From Salpingoeca rosetta (Eukaryota; Protista; Choanoflagellata), in NCBI GenBank assembly GCA_033442325.1, contig JAWQFM010000006.1, positions 2,149,386-2,213,385 on the forward strand: a DNA stretch of 64,000 bases. The letters run 5' to 3'. The translations under genes and the position numbers were made by a program. Each line of letters starts with the position of its first letter. The stretch's first letter is position 1. Of the stretch, positions 30,162-50,217 are shown piece after piece. The notes beneath the pieces were generated by a model, which was not told where the DNA came from, made no database searches, and worked only from the letters and a program-made list of their open reading frames with translations.

Positions 30162-32871
30162 TTAGGTCATGGTAAACTCTTCCAGGTCAACGCCAACAAG
30201 AGAAGCAATGAAGTTGCAAAACTCGACAAACAGAATCTGCCCGCCCCCGTTGCGGTCAATCTTCGCAAACTCAGCCTGCGCCTCGTCGTCGCTCAGCCGC
30301 GACCCAAGCTTCTCCATCCCTGCCTTGAACTCCCCAACGTCAATCCTGCAACAAAACAAACGCAACAAAACAAACGCGTCAGTATCAGCCCGTCCCCAGA
30401 GTGATCCACGATCCATCCAATCCACAACACACACACACACACACGCACACGCACATGCACATGCACATGTGCAACGCAACGCAACGCAACGCAATGAAAG
30501 ACGCACCGTCGGTCGTCGCCAGTGTCAATGTCATCAAACACATCCCACAGGCGGTCAAAGAAGAACATGTTGCGCATAAACGCCGCAAACTCCTTCTTCT
30601 CAACCCACGCATCCCCGTCGCCGTCCTTCAGCGTCGTCTTCTTGTACGCGCGCATCAGCGCAGGCTTGCTGATGTTCCACCCCTTCTCAACAACAAGCTT
30701 GTCAAGCTCAGCAAGGCTCACAATCCCGTTGTTGTTGAAGTCAACCTGGTTCCACAGCGACTTCATCTGATCCTTGTCCTTGATGATCGCAAGCGCCTCC
30801 TTGCTCGCCTCGTCCAGCCCAAGCCGCGCAAGCAGGCCCTCCTCGTCTGTCACACATACACACACACACATGTACACAGTCGCATCAACGCACAAGCAGT
30901 GGTGAGCAAGCCACACTCCGCATGATAACACAACACCACGCAACACCACGCAACAAACTACCGTCCACCCATGCACACACACACACACAGCCAATGGCGC
31001 AGCACAGCCATCACCAACAAAACAAAACAAAAAAAACTCACTCAGGCCGTCCTTGGCAGCAACAGGGGCAGCAGCAGGCTTGGCTTCGCTGCCCTCAGCA
31101 GCACCCTCCTTCGACGCCTCCGTCGCACCAGCGCTGCCAGGCTTCTTCGCTGCCCGGTCCGTGTCCTCCTGGAACGCAGCCTTGTCGCCCTCAAGCGCCG
31201 CTCCAACGAGCCCAGCAACGTAGTGGCAGAACTCCTTGAACAGAATCTGCCCGCCCCCGTTGCGGTCAATCTTCGCAAACTCAGCCTGCGCCTCGTCGTC
31301 GCTCAGCCGCGACCCAAGCTTCTCCATCCCTGCCTTGAACTCCCCAACGTCAATCCTGCAACAAAACAAACGCAACAAAACAAACGCGTCAGTATCAGCC
31401 CGTCCCCAGAGTGATCCACGATCCATCCAATCCACAACACACACACACACACACACGCACACGCACATGCACATGCACATGTGCAACGCAACGCAACGCA
31501 ACGCAACGCAATGAAAGACGCACCGTCGGTCGTCGCCAGTGTCAATGTCATCAAACACATCCCACAGGCGGTCAAAGAAGAACATGTTGCGCATAAACGC
31601 CGCAAACTCCTTCTTCTCAACCCACGCATCCCCGTCGCCGTCCTTCAGCGTCGTCTTCTTGTACGCGCGCATCAGCGCAGGCTTGCTGATGTTCCACCCC
31701 TTCTCAACAACAAGCTTGTCAAGCTCAGCAAGGCTCACAATCCCGTTGTTGTTGAAGTCAACCTGGTTCCACAGCGACTTCATCTGATCCTTGTCCTTGA
31801 TGATCGCAAGCGCCTCCTTGCTCGCCTCATTCGGTGCAATCTTCCGCAACAGGGCCTGTTGATCTGCACGAACACCAGACAAGCAGAACTTTGGTGAGAA
31901 AAGGTTTTGACCTGCTTAGTTTTTATCGCTGCCCTGACTTGCTTACCGTTTTGCACCCGGTCAGTGAACACACACACACGCACACAAATTGACTCACGCT
32001 TTTACCCACGACCACAAAGTAATCATTGCTTACCAAACGTCAGTGGCGGCGGTGACGGCTTTGATTGCTTGGACTCAGGCTCGAGCACGCTGGCTGTTGG
32101 CTTTTGGACTTCGTGCTCCGTCTGCGCAGGTGTAGCAGGCTTTTCCGGCTCCGTTTGGGCTGACGCTTGCGATGGGGGTGCTTGTGGCTTTGGTGGCAGT
32201 TGCGCTGCCTCTGGCGCCGGCTGTGCGGGTTTTGTCTCCATTGGGGGCGCGGATGCCTGGGCTGGGGTCGTCTGCACGCTGGAGGTTGTTTCAGCCTCCG
32301 TCGGCGTTTCTCGCACGATGGTGACGGGCTTTGGTGGGGGTGGTGCAGAAGGGTTCTCACGCTCGTTGTACGCGGCCCTGAAGTACTGTGCGCCATACTT
32401 GACAATGTCCTTTGGTTGATCCCGCAGGACCTGTTGGTCAACAACACCAAGCAATCGACAGTGTGCATGTGAGTGTGTGAGGAAGTGTGTGTGTGCGTGT
32501 GTTCGTATGAGAGTGAGGGTGTGCGTGAGGTGCGTGCTCGTATGAGAGTGTGTGTTCGTGTGAGAGTGTTTATGTGAGAGTGTGTGTTCATGTATGAGGG
32601 TGTGCGAGAGGCAGTAAGTGGGCAACGCACGCACAGTTTGTGCATGAAGCATTGGAAGTTGGAACAAAGGAACACATGTTTGAGCTACAGAGAGGGAGGT
32701 GAGTGGAATCGTACAAACAAGGCAGGTGACAAGTTTCACTTTGCATGACAAGGTGCCACGCTCGCTCGCGCTGTGGCATGGCATGGAACGAACCTCTTTT
32801 GCAAACGACCACAGGAGCTCCTCCAAGCCCTCTGGAGGCCTCAGCTTGTGGGGTGCATACGACATGGACAT
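30162..32871 (-). CDS. RIIa dimerization/docking (Sp17/ropporin/CABYR-type) domain plus two flagellar calcium-binding protein (calflagin)-like EF-hand modules
   Basis: MSMSYAPHKLRPPEGLEELLWSFAKE|VLRDQPKDIVKYGAQYF is an RIIa D/D domain, followed by a Pro/Ala linker. Each module reads LWNQVDFNNNGIVSLAELD..DGDAWVEKKEF..LWDVFDDIDTGDDRR|IDVGEF..EFAKIDRNGGGQILFxEFC. Stop TAA at 30162-30164. Confidence 0.85.
30229..31828. repeat. Near-perfect intragenic direct repeat, 30229-30811 and 31239-31828, including an intron
   Basis: 583 vs 590 bp. By eye the copies differ only by one CA unit and one CGCAA unit in the intronic microsatellites. Confidence 0.93.
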
Positions 32872-33198
32872 GGTGGGTGACCTTGGTTCCTTGGTTCCCT
32901 GCCTCTTGTGGATCGAGCAAGTGAAGGTTGTAGGGTCGTGCTGTTTGTGCAGTCTTGGGTTGGTGGTCAAGCGTTGGAAGGATAAGTGCAAGCAAGCGTT
33001 GCCAAGCAAGAACAGAAGGGGGAGAGCCACGAAAGAAAATTTACCGTTAGGTTACAACAGCATGAAATGATGTCTGAGTTGCAACGACTGATTTCAGTTC
33101 CACAGCTGCCACATCCACGCAACGAACAAGCCAACCAAAGCAGCAGAGGAGAGAACGACCACAGACACACACGCACAACCACACACAACCAAACGACG

Positions 33199-35549
33199 AT
33201 GGCGACGATGAGGGGTGGTGAAGGTGATGATGGCACGCTGCTGCCGAAGCGGGAGAAAGTGGAGGATGACGGTGGTGACTTGAAGGCTGAGGAAGAGGAC
33301 GACTACGTGCCGTATGTGCCACTGCGGCAGAGGAAGAAGGACAAGGAGGAGAAGCGGCAGGCGAGGCGTCGCCACCAGCAGCAGATGGAGGAGGAGAGGC
33401 GGCGACGGAAGGAGCGGGAGCAGGCGGCGCCGCAAGTTGGCCCGCAGGCCAAGCAGACGCTGGTGCAGTTCCACGGCAAAAGCATGCAGGAAGGGCGCAT
33501 CATCGAGCAATCGGATTTGGAGAAGCAGCTCACGCAGGAACAAGAGATTCTGCGCAGCATCCGCAACGCCAAGGAGCTCAAGTCCGTGGAGGAGTTGGCA
33601 AAGGGCATCTCATATGCAGAGCCAATCAGGACATCGTGGCGGCCCCCGCGACACGTCAGGCACAGAACAGAGCAGAAGAACGAGCGCATTCGCAAGAAGT
33701 GGAACATTATCGTGGAGGGCCGTGACTGTGCACCCGCCGTCACCAACTTCCGTGACATGAAGCTGCCCACATGCCTCGTCGATTACCTTGACTCTCAAGG
33801 CATCAAGACCCCAACGCCAATTCAAATGCAAGGTGTGCTTGTTGTGGGTGTGTGTGCATGTGTTCGTGTTCGTGTGTGTGCATACGTGTGTGTGTGTATG
33901 TGCATGCGTGTGTGTATGTGCATGCGTGTGTGTATGTGCATGCGTGTGTGTATGTGAACGCGCGCGCGTGGGTGAACGTTTTCATGCGAGAGATGGGTGA
34001 TAGGTTTTGGGCGCGATTTGTACCTGTGAGTTTGCGTTTGCGTTTGTGTGGGTGAAGCGTGTGACACTATGATTAAGTCAGTGCTCGTACATAGCTGAGC
34101 ACCCAGTTCATCACCCAACAATCATCTTTCTCACACACACTCTTACGCACCCCTTCCCCCCCCCCCGCCCCACGCACACACAACGCTTATCATACCGCAC
34201 AAAACAGGGCTTCCTGTTGCGTTGAGTGGACGAGACATGATTGGCATTGCATTTACCGGGTCCGGCAAGACGCTGTGCTTCTCGCTGCCGGCCATCATGC
34301 TGACCATGGAGCAGGAGATCAAGATGCCGTTCCAGCGCGGGGAGGGCCCTTACGCGTGCGTGCTGTGCCCCTCGCGCGAGCTTGCGCGGCAGACGTTTGA
34401 TGCGGTTAAGGAGTATGCCGGCGTGCTGCACAAGGGCGGCATGCCCAAGCTGAACATTGTGCTGTGCATGGGTGGTGTGGACATGCGGGAGCAGCTGTAC
34501 GAGTGCCACAACATTGTACACATTGCCGTGTGCACGCCCGGTCGCCTGATTGACATGCTGACCAAGAAGAAGTTCACCTTCAACGTGTGCCGCTACTTTT
34601 GCATGGATGAGGCAGATCGCATGGTTGATCTGGGCTTCGAGGAAGACGTACGCAACAATCGCTCACCTCCGTGTTTCTGTGTTTTGATGTTTGGTGTTTG
34701 TTGTTGAGAAGTGGTGTGTTGGGTTGATTCACGAATGTGTGTGCGTGTGCGTGTGCGTGTGTGTATGTGTGCGTGCGTGTGTGTGGTTGTGCAAGTGCGC
34801 CTGTGTGCTCTCGCTTGGTTGTTCTGCCTTGGCCTTGATTCGTTTGTTCCTGTGTCCATATCTCACGTTACACGTATCTCCTCTCGTTTGTGGTTCACCA
34901 TTCACCATTCACCATTCACCATCCAGATTCGCACCATCTTCTCCTTCTTCAACGGGCAGCGTCAGACCGTCCTTTTCAGTGCTACCATGCCCACAAAGAT
35001 TCGAGGTGTGTCTGTGTCTGTGTCTGTGTCTGTGCATGTGTGCGTGTGTGCGTGTGTGCGTGTGTGCGTGTGTGCGTGTGGGTGTGTAAATGAAGTCGTG
35101 TCGATTGTTGTGACTGGTCCATATGCCTTTTTTTTTTTTTGGTTGTTGTTTGCTATGATGGCTGCCGTGGCGTGGCAGTTTCGCAAGGTTTTCCTCACAC
35201 ATCACCACGTGCCCACCACCGCCTTGTTGCTGCTCAGACTTTGCGCAGAGTGCGCTCGTTGACCCGATTACGGTGAACGTTGGCCGCGCCGGTGCTGCGA
35301 GTCTGGACGTCGTGCAGGAGGTTGAGCACGTGCGACCAGAGGCGAAGATTGTGTACCTGCTGGAGTGTCTGCAGAAGACGCCTCCGCCCGTCATGATCTT
35401 CTCGGAGAAAAAGGCCGATGTCGACGATATCCACGAGTACCTCCTCCTCAAAGGTGCGCACTACAGCAGGAGGGGAGAGGAGTGTGTTGTGTCGTGTGTG
35501 TGTGTGTCTTGTGTGTGTCTTGTGTGTGTCTTGTGTGTGTGTGTGTGTG

Positions 35550-35605
<56 letters not shown>

Positions 35606-36291
35606 AATTGGGTGGTTGTGTGTTTGTATTTGCGTGTTCGTGGACACGCATATGCGTCAACCTATCACCATCGCATCACATCACACCACATCACCGCCGA
35701 TATACACACTGCACGCTCGCACACACATGCACACAAATGCTTCCGCCTCGTCCCGCATGTGCTGACTGCGGTTTCCTCTGTGCTCCCTGGCGTGGTGCAG
35801 GCGTGCAAGCTGTTGCGATCCACGGCGGCAAGGACCAGGAGGAGCGTGATATGGCCGTCAAGGCGTTCAAGAAGGGTCAGAAAGACGTGCTTGTGGCCAC
35901 AGACATCGCAAGCAAGGGCCTCGACTTCAAGGGCATCCAGCACGTCATCAACTTTGACATGCCTGACGAGCTCGAGAACTACGTGCATCGTATTGGGCGC
36001 ACGGGCCGCAGCGGGCGCACGGGTCTTGCCACAACGTTCATCAACGACGAGGTGCCCGAGATTTCGCTGCTTGATCTCAAGTACCTGCTCAAGGAGGCCA
36101 AGCAGCGCGTGCCGCCGTTCCTGCAGAACCTGCGCTCGGAGCACGAGAAGTTCCTTGAGCACGGCGGGTGCGCGTACTGCGGCGGCCCTGGGCACCGCAT
36201 CACGTCCTGCCCAAAGCTGGAGAGCGTGCAGTCGCAGCAGGTCAGCCGGGTCGGCCGCGGCGACGGCCTCGCAGGCGGCGACGAGTCATGA
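33199..36291 (+). CDS. DDX41: DEAD-box RNA helicase DDX41/Abstrakt, 5 exons
   Basis: [38 protein letters not shown]|[38 protein letters not shown] and C-terminal zinc knuckle [15 protein letters not shown]. Confidence 0.97.
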
Positions 36292-36355
36292 GAGAGGGAG
36301 TGGGAAGGAGAGGAGGAGAGATGGTGGAAAGGGTGGGGGGAAGGGAAGGAAGCTG

Positions 36356-36394
<39 letters not shown>

Positions 36395-36815
36395 GTGTGC
36401 GTCGTGTTGGGTGTGTGTCGTGTCGGGCGTGTCTGTGTGTCTCTGTGTTGGATGTGTCTGTGTTGGATGTGTGTGTGTGTGTGTGTGTCTGTGTGTGTGT
36501 GTGTCTGTGTGTGTGTGTGTGTCGTGTGTGTCGTGTGTGTCGTGTTGGGTGTGCCCAAAACAAAGTAAACAACGAGTGTCGTCATGCATGCATGTTGCGC
36601 AATTTGCGCACTGCTGGAGGAAGAAAATCGGTCGAGTGTTCGACCACTTTTCTACAATGCACACCTCCAAACCAACAAACCCACGCATCGTTGTGCATTC
36701 CCCCTCCAAGCTCCATCGCTTGGTCGCTTGCTTGCTTGGTTGTTGTTGTCACACACGCACACACATCCTCGCTTCCCCTCTCTCTTCACCACCTCTCTCT
36801 TCACCACCCAGCAAG

Positions 36816-39457
<2,642 letters not shown>

Positions 39458-39560
39458 CACGCGCGTGTTTGTGCGATTGCACTTACCTGTGTATGTGTGT
39501 GCGTGCGATTGCATGCGCTTGTCTGTGCTTGTCTGGTTGCTCTTGTGTGCGGATGCGACC

Positions 39561-39624
<64 letters not shown>

Positions 39625-39726
39625 ATGTGTAATTGGCTTTGAAACAAGATGAAGATGATGCATTGATTGTCTGCTGTGCGTGATGATGTGTTGGCTAGTT
39701 CGTTTCTATTCCCTTCCCCGCCTCCC

Positions 39727-39782
<56 letters not shown>

Positions 39783-39974
39783 GTTACCGTGATGTTCGTT
39801 CACCCATTGAAAAACCATGCCCCTTGTGGCGAGCAGATTGTGTCGTAATGCCTCTTGACACAGCCAAACGAAAAGCCAAAGGCGGTTGCCCAATTCATTA
39901 ACACTTCGCAACACCACTTGGTCGCTTTTGTTGCTGGTCGCGTTGCTGCTGGGGTGTGCACGAGGACAAGGACG

Positions 39975-41978
39975 ATGATGCGACGAGGTGCGCGTGTCGC
40001 AGTGGTGCGACGCACACTGGCCAGCTCCAGTGGCCGCGATCCCGCCGCGCAGCCGGCGGTTGTGTACCCTTCTCGGGATGAATGGTGGGGACGCCAGGCC
40101 GGGTCCGGCCACACCACCGTCAGAGCAGGTGCGCACGTGTGCTTGTGCATGCATGCGTGCTTGTGTATGCATGTGTGAGCATGCGTGTGTGTGTGTGCGC
40201 GCACGTGTATGTGTGTGTGTGTGTGTGCGCACGTGTATGTGTGTGTGTATGTGTATGTGTGTGTGTGTGTGTGAGCATGTGTGTGTGTGTGTGTACATGT
40301 GTGTGTGTACGTGTGTTGTGAGCACACATTTGTTGTCCGCTTTGCCTCGCTGCCACACACACACACATACACATGCACACACACACATACACATGCACAC
40401 ACACACACATACACATGCACACATACACATGCACACACACATACACACACATGCTCACACACGCGCGCACGCACACCACATGGAAAGGCGATGAGAGCGG
40501 GGAGGAAGTTGTGTTTAGTCAACTGCGAGCGGAGAACCAGGATGTGCTGTCCAAGATCCCGGAGGTGCGACAACTCAACCGGTTCCATCATGACCTGCGC
40601 ACGCTGCCGCACAGCAAGGATGACCTGTTCGCCCACGCGCGTTCCTTCGGCTCCAACCCGGAGCTGGAGGACGTGATCCTGTTCCACCGCACGTCCATGA
40701 GGGAGGCGGGCATTGACCGCGACGCCGTCCTGCGCATGCTCAAGGCCGGCATGATGACCTTCTGCAGCCACACGGAGGCGCGCGTGGCCTCGTTCTTCGG
40801 TCGGGGCTTCTACACCATCGGGCCCTGCGGCGAGGAGCTCATGGCCGCCGTGGGCGAACTCCTCCGCCCAACAGACTTCATCTGCCTGCACTACCGCCAC
40901 CTCGCCACCCAGTTTGTTCGACAGATCCGCATGGGCCGCAGCCTGTCGGACTCGCTGCTCGCCCGCGCCCGCGCACACACCGTCTCCGCCTACGACGAGG
41001 TGACCGGCGGCGTGCACTGCGCCCTCGGCGGCGACGCCCACGACCCGTACTCCTTCATCGCCACCAGCACGCTCGCGTCTCAGTGCCCGCCAGCCGTCGG
41101 GCGTGCGCTCGGCAACGGGCTGGCGTCGCGGCTGGCTGCCGGCTTTGCGCCCGCGAGCGCCGTGAGCTACGTCAGCGTTGGGGACGGCTCCATCAACAAC
41201 GCGCACTTCCTCACCGCCATCAACTTTGCCGAGTACGCCAAGTTCCGCGGGTACAAGTGCCCCGTCGTATTTGGCGTCACAGACAACAACCTCAGCATCT
41301 CGCTCAAGGGATACAAGTGGTTCTCCGAGGGGTTTCTCTCGCACGTCAACATTGCGCGGTTCGTGGCTGACGGGCGGGACATGGCGCAGGTGTACACCGC
41401 GGCCAACAACGCCATCACCCACGCGCGGCGCAACAAGGAGGCCGTCATCTTGGCCGTGACAGACATGCCGCGGCGGTTTGGGCACGCGGCCACAGACCGG
41501 CAGGACGCGTACCTGACGCAGGAGGAGATGGACCTGCACGAGTACTCCAACCCGCTGCTCGGCGCGTGCTTGCAAGCAATTGACGAGGGCCTGGTGTCGC
41601 GGGAGGAGCTGGTGGCCATGCTTGATGAGGTGCACGGCGAAACGATCCGCGCGTTTGACACAGCTACGCAGGAGCCAAAGGTGTCACTGGAGAGCACGCT
41701 GCAGCGGCTGCACCGGTCTGCGCTGCCGCCGTGCGAGACATATGTGCAAGAGACGTCGATGGACCGCGTGCGGGCGACCAAGGGCCGCAAGCTCGTCATG
41801 CGCAAGGCAATGACGCGCGTCCTCGACGAAATCCTCAACACTTACGACGACGTGCGTACATGTGTGCGTGTGTGTGTGTGTGGGGGGGGGGGTAATGTGT
41901 GTGTATGTGTGTGCGCGTATGTGCGTGTGTGTGTGTGTGTGCGTGCGTGCGTGTGTGTGTGCGTGCGTATGTGTGTGC

Positions 41979-42027
<49 letters not shown>

Positions 42028-42973
42028 CGTATGTGTGTGTGTGTGTGTGGGATAGAGAGAGAGGTACGGATGAGAGCTCGCTGGTGTTGCGTTGAATTGT
42101 TCTGTGGTTACCACTGCGAACATTCATCATCACCACGACACTCCCCCTCCCCTCACACACACACACACACACACACACAAATGCAGGTTGTGTACATGGG
42201 TGAGGACGTGGAGCACGGCGGGTACTATCTGGTGACGGATGGGCTGGTTGACAAGTACAACGTGCGTGTGCGCGACTTCCCACCAGACGAAACCATGCTC
42301 GCTGGTGCCGGGCAGGGCTTTTCCCAGGTCGGCCTCACCCCAATCGTCGAAATCCCTTACGCAAAGGTGTGTGTGTGCGTGCATGTGTGTGTGCGTGCAT
42401 GTGTGTGTACGGTCCTGTACCTTCCTGTGCCTTCCCATGTGTGCACGGATTTACATGCACCTTTCATGTACCATGAGGTGTTAACCACGCTCCTGCCTCT
42501 CTTGGCTCAACACACTGCAGTATCTCGACTGCGGCATGGACATGTTCCTGGAGACCATCTTCACCACGTGGTTGAGCAACGCCTCCCCCTCAAAGGGCAT
42601 GATCTACCGCCTGCAGGGCTTTGACAAGGGCGTGTTTGGCGGCAACCACCACACGACCAACGTGCTGACGCTGCCGCCGGGGCTGGATGTGGTGTGCTAC
42701 TCCTGCGGCGAGGACTATGCGCGCGGCTGGCGGTTCCTGATCAAGCGGGCGCGCGAAGGGCGGGTGATTATGAGCGTGGACTCCACCAACCTGCTGAACA
42801 AGCGGCACCTGCTGCAGGACGACGACGCCTGGCGCCGCACCTACCCGGGGCCCGACGAGGAGATGCACATGCACACCGTCATCCGCTACAGCCCAACAGC
42901 TGCAAATGCAACAACAGCAGACGCAACAACAACTTCAACAACCCAGCAGTCACCCGAGGTAGACGCCACACCT

Positions 42974-43023
<50 letters not shown>

Positions 43024-43384
43024 GCGTGTGCTGTTGGTGACGTACGGCAACGGTGTTCCGACGTGTCTGGAGGCGGCCGAGGAGCTGCGGGCAGATGGGG
43101 TGGAGGCGACGGTGGTGGACACGCCGCTGATCAGCGAAGTACCGCATGGGCTGCGCGACATCCTGGCCAGCAAGGAGTTTGACCGCGTCGTGTTTGCTGA
43201 TGTGTGTAAGCAAGGACAGAACCCGTACGCAGGGTTCATCTGCCAGCTGCAGTCGGAAGGCTACCTTCCCCAGCATTGGTACTGCGTCACGGCTTGTCCC
43301 ACCTACAACCCGCTTGGCAGCACCATCACCTTCCTCTCCAAGGAGGGTGTTGTGGCCGCTGCTCAGCGCCTTCTGACCGAATGA
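39975..43384 (+). CDS. Fused TPP-dependent 2-oxoacid dehydrogenase E1 alpha+beta (branched-chain-like) with mitochondrial-type presequence
   Basis: Exons 39975-40128, 40488-41851, 42187-~42366, 42521-43384. Arg-rich N-terminus [18 protein letters not shown]. Alpha part: [19 protein letters not shown] motif [21 protein letters not shown]. Beta part: [20 protein letters not shown]|[11 protein letters not shown]. Confidence 0.88.
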
Positions 43385-43795
43385 ACACACGGCCACGATG
43401 GAAACCCAACAGCCGACACCAACCACTAGCTCCATACACGTGTATGTCGTGTGTATCGTGTGTGTGTGTGTGTGTGTGCGTGTGTATGTGTGTGTGTGTG
43501 CGTGTGCGTGTGTGTGTGCCATGTATCGTGTGCCTCGTGTCACATCACGTCAAGCAAGTCAGTCTGTCTGTCAGGTCAGCCTGCACATCAACAACAGACA
43601 CAGCAAGAAGTGTCCACACTTTGGTGGGTTGAAAAGTGAGCGTCTGGACGAAAGATTTTCGACGGCGAGACTGCGAGCAAGAAGAAGCAAAGCAACAAAG
43701 AGAGAGGTGTGGATCGACACACAAACGGAAGCAGCAGCGCAGCAGCAGGCAGGCGCACTGGAGGACAGACTTGACGTGCACGCACGCACAAAGGC

Positions 43796-49818
<6,023 letters not shown>

Positions 49819-50217
49819 AGCATGCTCAATTGAGCATGAGTGAGCGAATGATGTGGATGCGTGCATGTGTGTGTGTGTGTTGCATTGTGTGTGTATGTTG
49901 CATTGTGTGTGTGTGTGTGTGTTTACGTGTTGCATTGTGGATTGTGGATTGGATGTACACGTGTGGATGGTGTCAGGTCGTGTGCGTCGATTCGTTTGGC
50001 CAGCAGTCCATCACATCTGTCACATCACATGTCACATCAAGCCCCCCCCCCCTCCTCTCCCCCAAAAAAACAAGTTGCTTACGACACCATAAAACGGGTT
50101 GCTCCAAATCCTCATCCATCATCGCCACGCCAAAACACACCAACCAACCAAACACACGCGTGCTGTGATTGTTGTTGTGCCGTCCATCCATCCATCCCAC
50201 CCCCACCCAATCAACCC

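Noticed and set aside
39800-41635. 611-aa - strand ORF
   Set aside because: Antisense shadow of the GC3-rich E1 exon plus intronic repeats.
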